Program-made: the position numbers and the translations under genes
The notes under the pieces: generated by a model
What the model was told of the DNA's origin: nothing
Seen by the model: only the letters and a program-made list of their open reading frames with translations
The model's database searches: none
DNA from: Orbicella franksi
Taxonomy: Eukaryota
DNA length: 64,000 nucleotides
Assembly (NCBI GenBank): GCA_964199315.1
Contig: OZ116699.1
Location: 930,001-994,000 of the forward strand
Direction: 5' to 3'
In this document: positions 61,501 through 64,000 of the stretch, piece after piece
How positions within the stretch are numbered: position 1 is the stretch's first letter
How the letters are laid out: every line of letters begins with the position of its first letter

Positions 61501-64000
61501 GCACTTTTAGTTCCTGTTTACGTTGAAATACAATAAGGTTGTTTCGAACAGTCTGGATTAATTTTGTGTAACAAGATCTTTGAAGTTATTTTTCAACATG
61601 ATATGATATTTCTATGCTATCAATTACTAAGGTTTTGCTCTGTTTTGTTTTAATATTGATCAGATCTAGGGGTATATGCAATTCCATTTTACACGTGTTT
61701 TATTTTGGGCTGCAACAGTGTTCAAATCACCCAAGCTTTCAAGTGTTTCTTCTAAAGATTTCGGATATCCGTGGTTTAAGGTTGCAGCAAGGATGTGCTT
61801 CACTTGCAGAGTACCCTGACCACCTCCACATCGCATCTCGCTTTAGTTTTGGTAAAATAAGGGAACAAATGATATTTTTATGGAAAATAATTTTGTATTT
61901 TCTACAAATTGTTTGCCCATTGTTCAAGAGCAAAATGGCTTTCGAGAAAAGTGCTACTGTGTTTCTCAATGCGGAAAGTATACATACGTTTAACGGCTTC
62001 CTGCGGCCGGCTTTCTGCTGTAGCATTAACACACACGAAAACATCAATTACACTAAGTAAACCCTACCAAGTAAGATGATCCTCGGCGGATATGGAAAAG
62101 ACTTTTGTCTTTGTTTAAAAATAAAAGCAAATCCTCGGTGTTTTTAACATATTGTGTTTCTCCAAATATCGTAATTGGTGCTGAGACAGAAATGGTCTAT
62201 TCGGTTCCCTGACGGTTATTCGATCATTCCGAGAAAAAAAGGATTCGAATATTTTGAGCTTTAAGAAAAACTGCGATTTATCTGAAGCTTTGTGGTCAAT
62301 GTTTTAGCTTTATTTGCGTTCATAATGTATTTAGTTTAAAATCGTAAATGCTTTCTGCAGATACAGATAATCATTTTACAACATCTTTATTGCAGCGGAA
62401 AGTATATTTCTTGTCGGCAATGGTGTGTCAACGAAAATCTTTTTTCATAAACGTACTGATGAGAATTTCTTTACTTTCATGCATCATTTGATTTTGACAT
62501 AAACACCACTTTTACCTTTAAAAAACCGGCTAAAAAAAAAATTCGCTAAATGATTTCGCGAAATTAAAAAAATAGACCATAAAACACAATTTAAAAGCAA
62601 CTGTTCCAAACAATGGACTATTCCGAAATAATAGAACAAGAACTTGAAAATTGGGAACATGAACATTTCGCCGCATGATTAGCCTGTTTGTGTTAAAACT
62701 GGTATGAAATAAGTATTTTACTTAAGTCACGAGATCAGTTGGGCAATTTTCCTGAAGGCTATGTCTAAGGACTATAAATTATTGTGACAGCTATATGTTA
62801 CTTAGAAAGACTGTAGCATAGCTAGAAACAACAACGATTCAACTCTGACTCTGCTCAAATCCCGTTTTGTTGCAAACAATTCTGTTTCTAACGACCATTT
62901 TGGAAGGGAAGATTCCTTACAAGTTGCTATAAATAATTAACAGAAGACAAGGACCCCTCAAAACCCGAAATACGCTTTTGCCAATTCTTAAATCTGCTTA
63001 GGCGGTGTTCGACAAAACTGTTGAAGGGTTCTTTTTCCGACGAGGACATGACGCCTGTATGTGATAAATTAAATAAAATTATTTACAGCACAATTGCCAC
63101 CGCAAAACGGTGAGTGCATGGTTCAATGGTATCATATAAATAGAAAGTAAAATGTTGCTTGCCTTACTCAGCTAATATACCTTGTTACTTTGCCCCCTAA
63201 ATCGTCGATTAAAGCCAGCAGAAACGATTCAAATTGCTCCAACATAAGTGCGTTGCTAATTATTCGCGAATACATAAATGGAAAATATTGCTTTACGTTG
63301 TGGACAACTCGGCAGTCTAGGTGCACTTATCAGCTGGACGCAAGGCGGGAGGTCAATAGGTACAAGTATAAACCTTAAGGGATATACTGAACGTAAATAA
63401 CAATTTTCCTTTAAAATGTATATTCATCTGATAGCAAGACTTACCTTGCCTTCAGACAATTTTGGGGAAGAAACGGGGCTCTGCTATCACCAAACCCAGT
63501 CAATGTTTGCCTGATTATCTTTGATTCAAAATACGCAAAACGGAAGTACTCCTAAAGCATAAATATGAAATGTGTCAGTGACATAATAAATTGATTTTTT
63601 TTCTGGCCGTGTGTTTACACGAGACACTTTCAAACGCAAATAGTAAGAAGAATAATACAGATATTAACAGTCATCTGGGGCGTCTAAAGTGTCTAGAATG
63701 CCAAAATTGGTCTGTAAAGTTTGCGACTCTCATTAAACACTGTGGTAATAAAAACATATTGACACTGCGAATAACTTGTGTCTCAGCTTGTAAGTATATA
63801 TAATATGCATCGTCGTCAGCCTGAAATATCAGTTCAGGGTAACAATAGACAAGGTATATATGGCTAGCAATATCGCTTGCAAACTAACTAGGAATGACAT
63901 TGCTCTCGAATTGAGAAAAAAATATGGACATTGATAAGGTTTTGCGACTGGCCATTAGCCTTGAATTAATTTATTATTCAAAACAATTTTCTGAAAAAAA

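Noticed and set aside
61614-63830. ORFs and isolated splice-like sites at the window end (for example a donor at about 63443 and an acceptor at about 63815 on -)
   Set aside because: No consistent exon chain or protein motif; the region is AT-rich and repeat-like. A gene extending beyond the window cannot be excluded.

Overview
Intron-rich eukaryotic animal DNA; there are no prokaryotic features, CRISPR arrays, rRNA or true tRNA genes. The gene content and the dense SINE/MITE families suggest a cnidarian, probably a stony coral (inference). I could build four multi-exon genes by hand from GT-AG sites and phase continuity. (1) Cathepsin F on + (3005-16379; the exon(s) carrying the start codon were not located). 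(2, 3) Two tandem SLC46-family MFS transporters on - (18862-24495 and 28089-32659), with identical internal exon sizes but different C-terminal tails. (4) A ~31-exon, ~1456-aa adhesion/secretin-class GPCR on - (40259-57669): signal peptide, 2x uromodulin/GP2 D8C-like domain, VWC-like Cys-rich modules, LDLa, hormone-receptor motif, a GAIN-position region with no recognisable GPS cleavage motif, 7TM and a PDZ-type tail. Between and within the genes are a CHAT-protease pseudofragment, RTE, CR1/L2 and Penelope remnants, tRNA-derived SINEs, many TIR-bearing MITEs (some nested), a 21-bp minisatellite and two N gaps. Most entries in the supplied ORF track are intronic or repeat noise. The strongest candidate for something undescribed is the GPCR.
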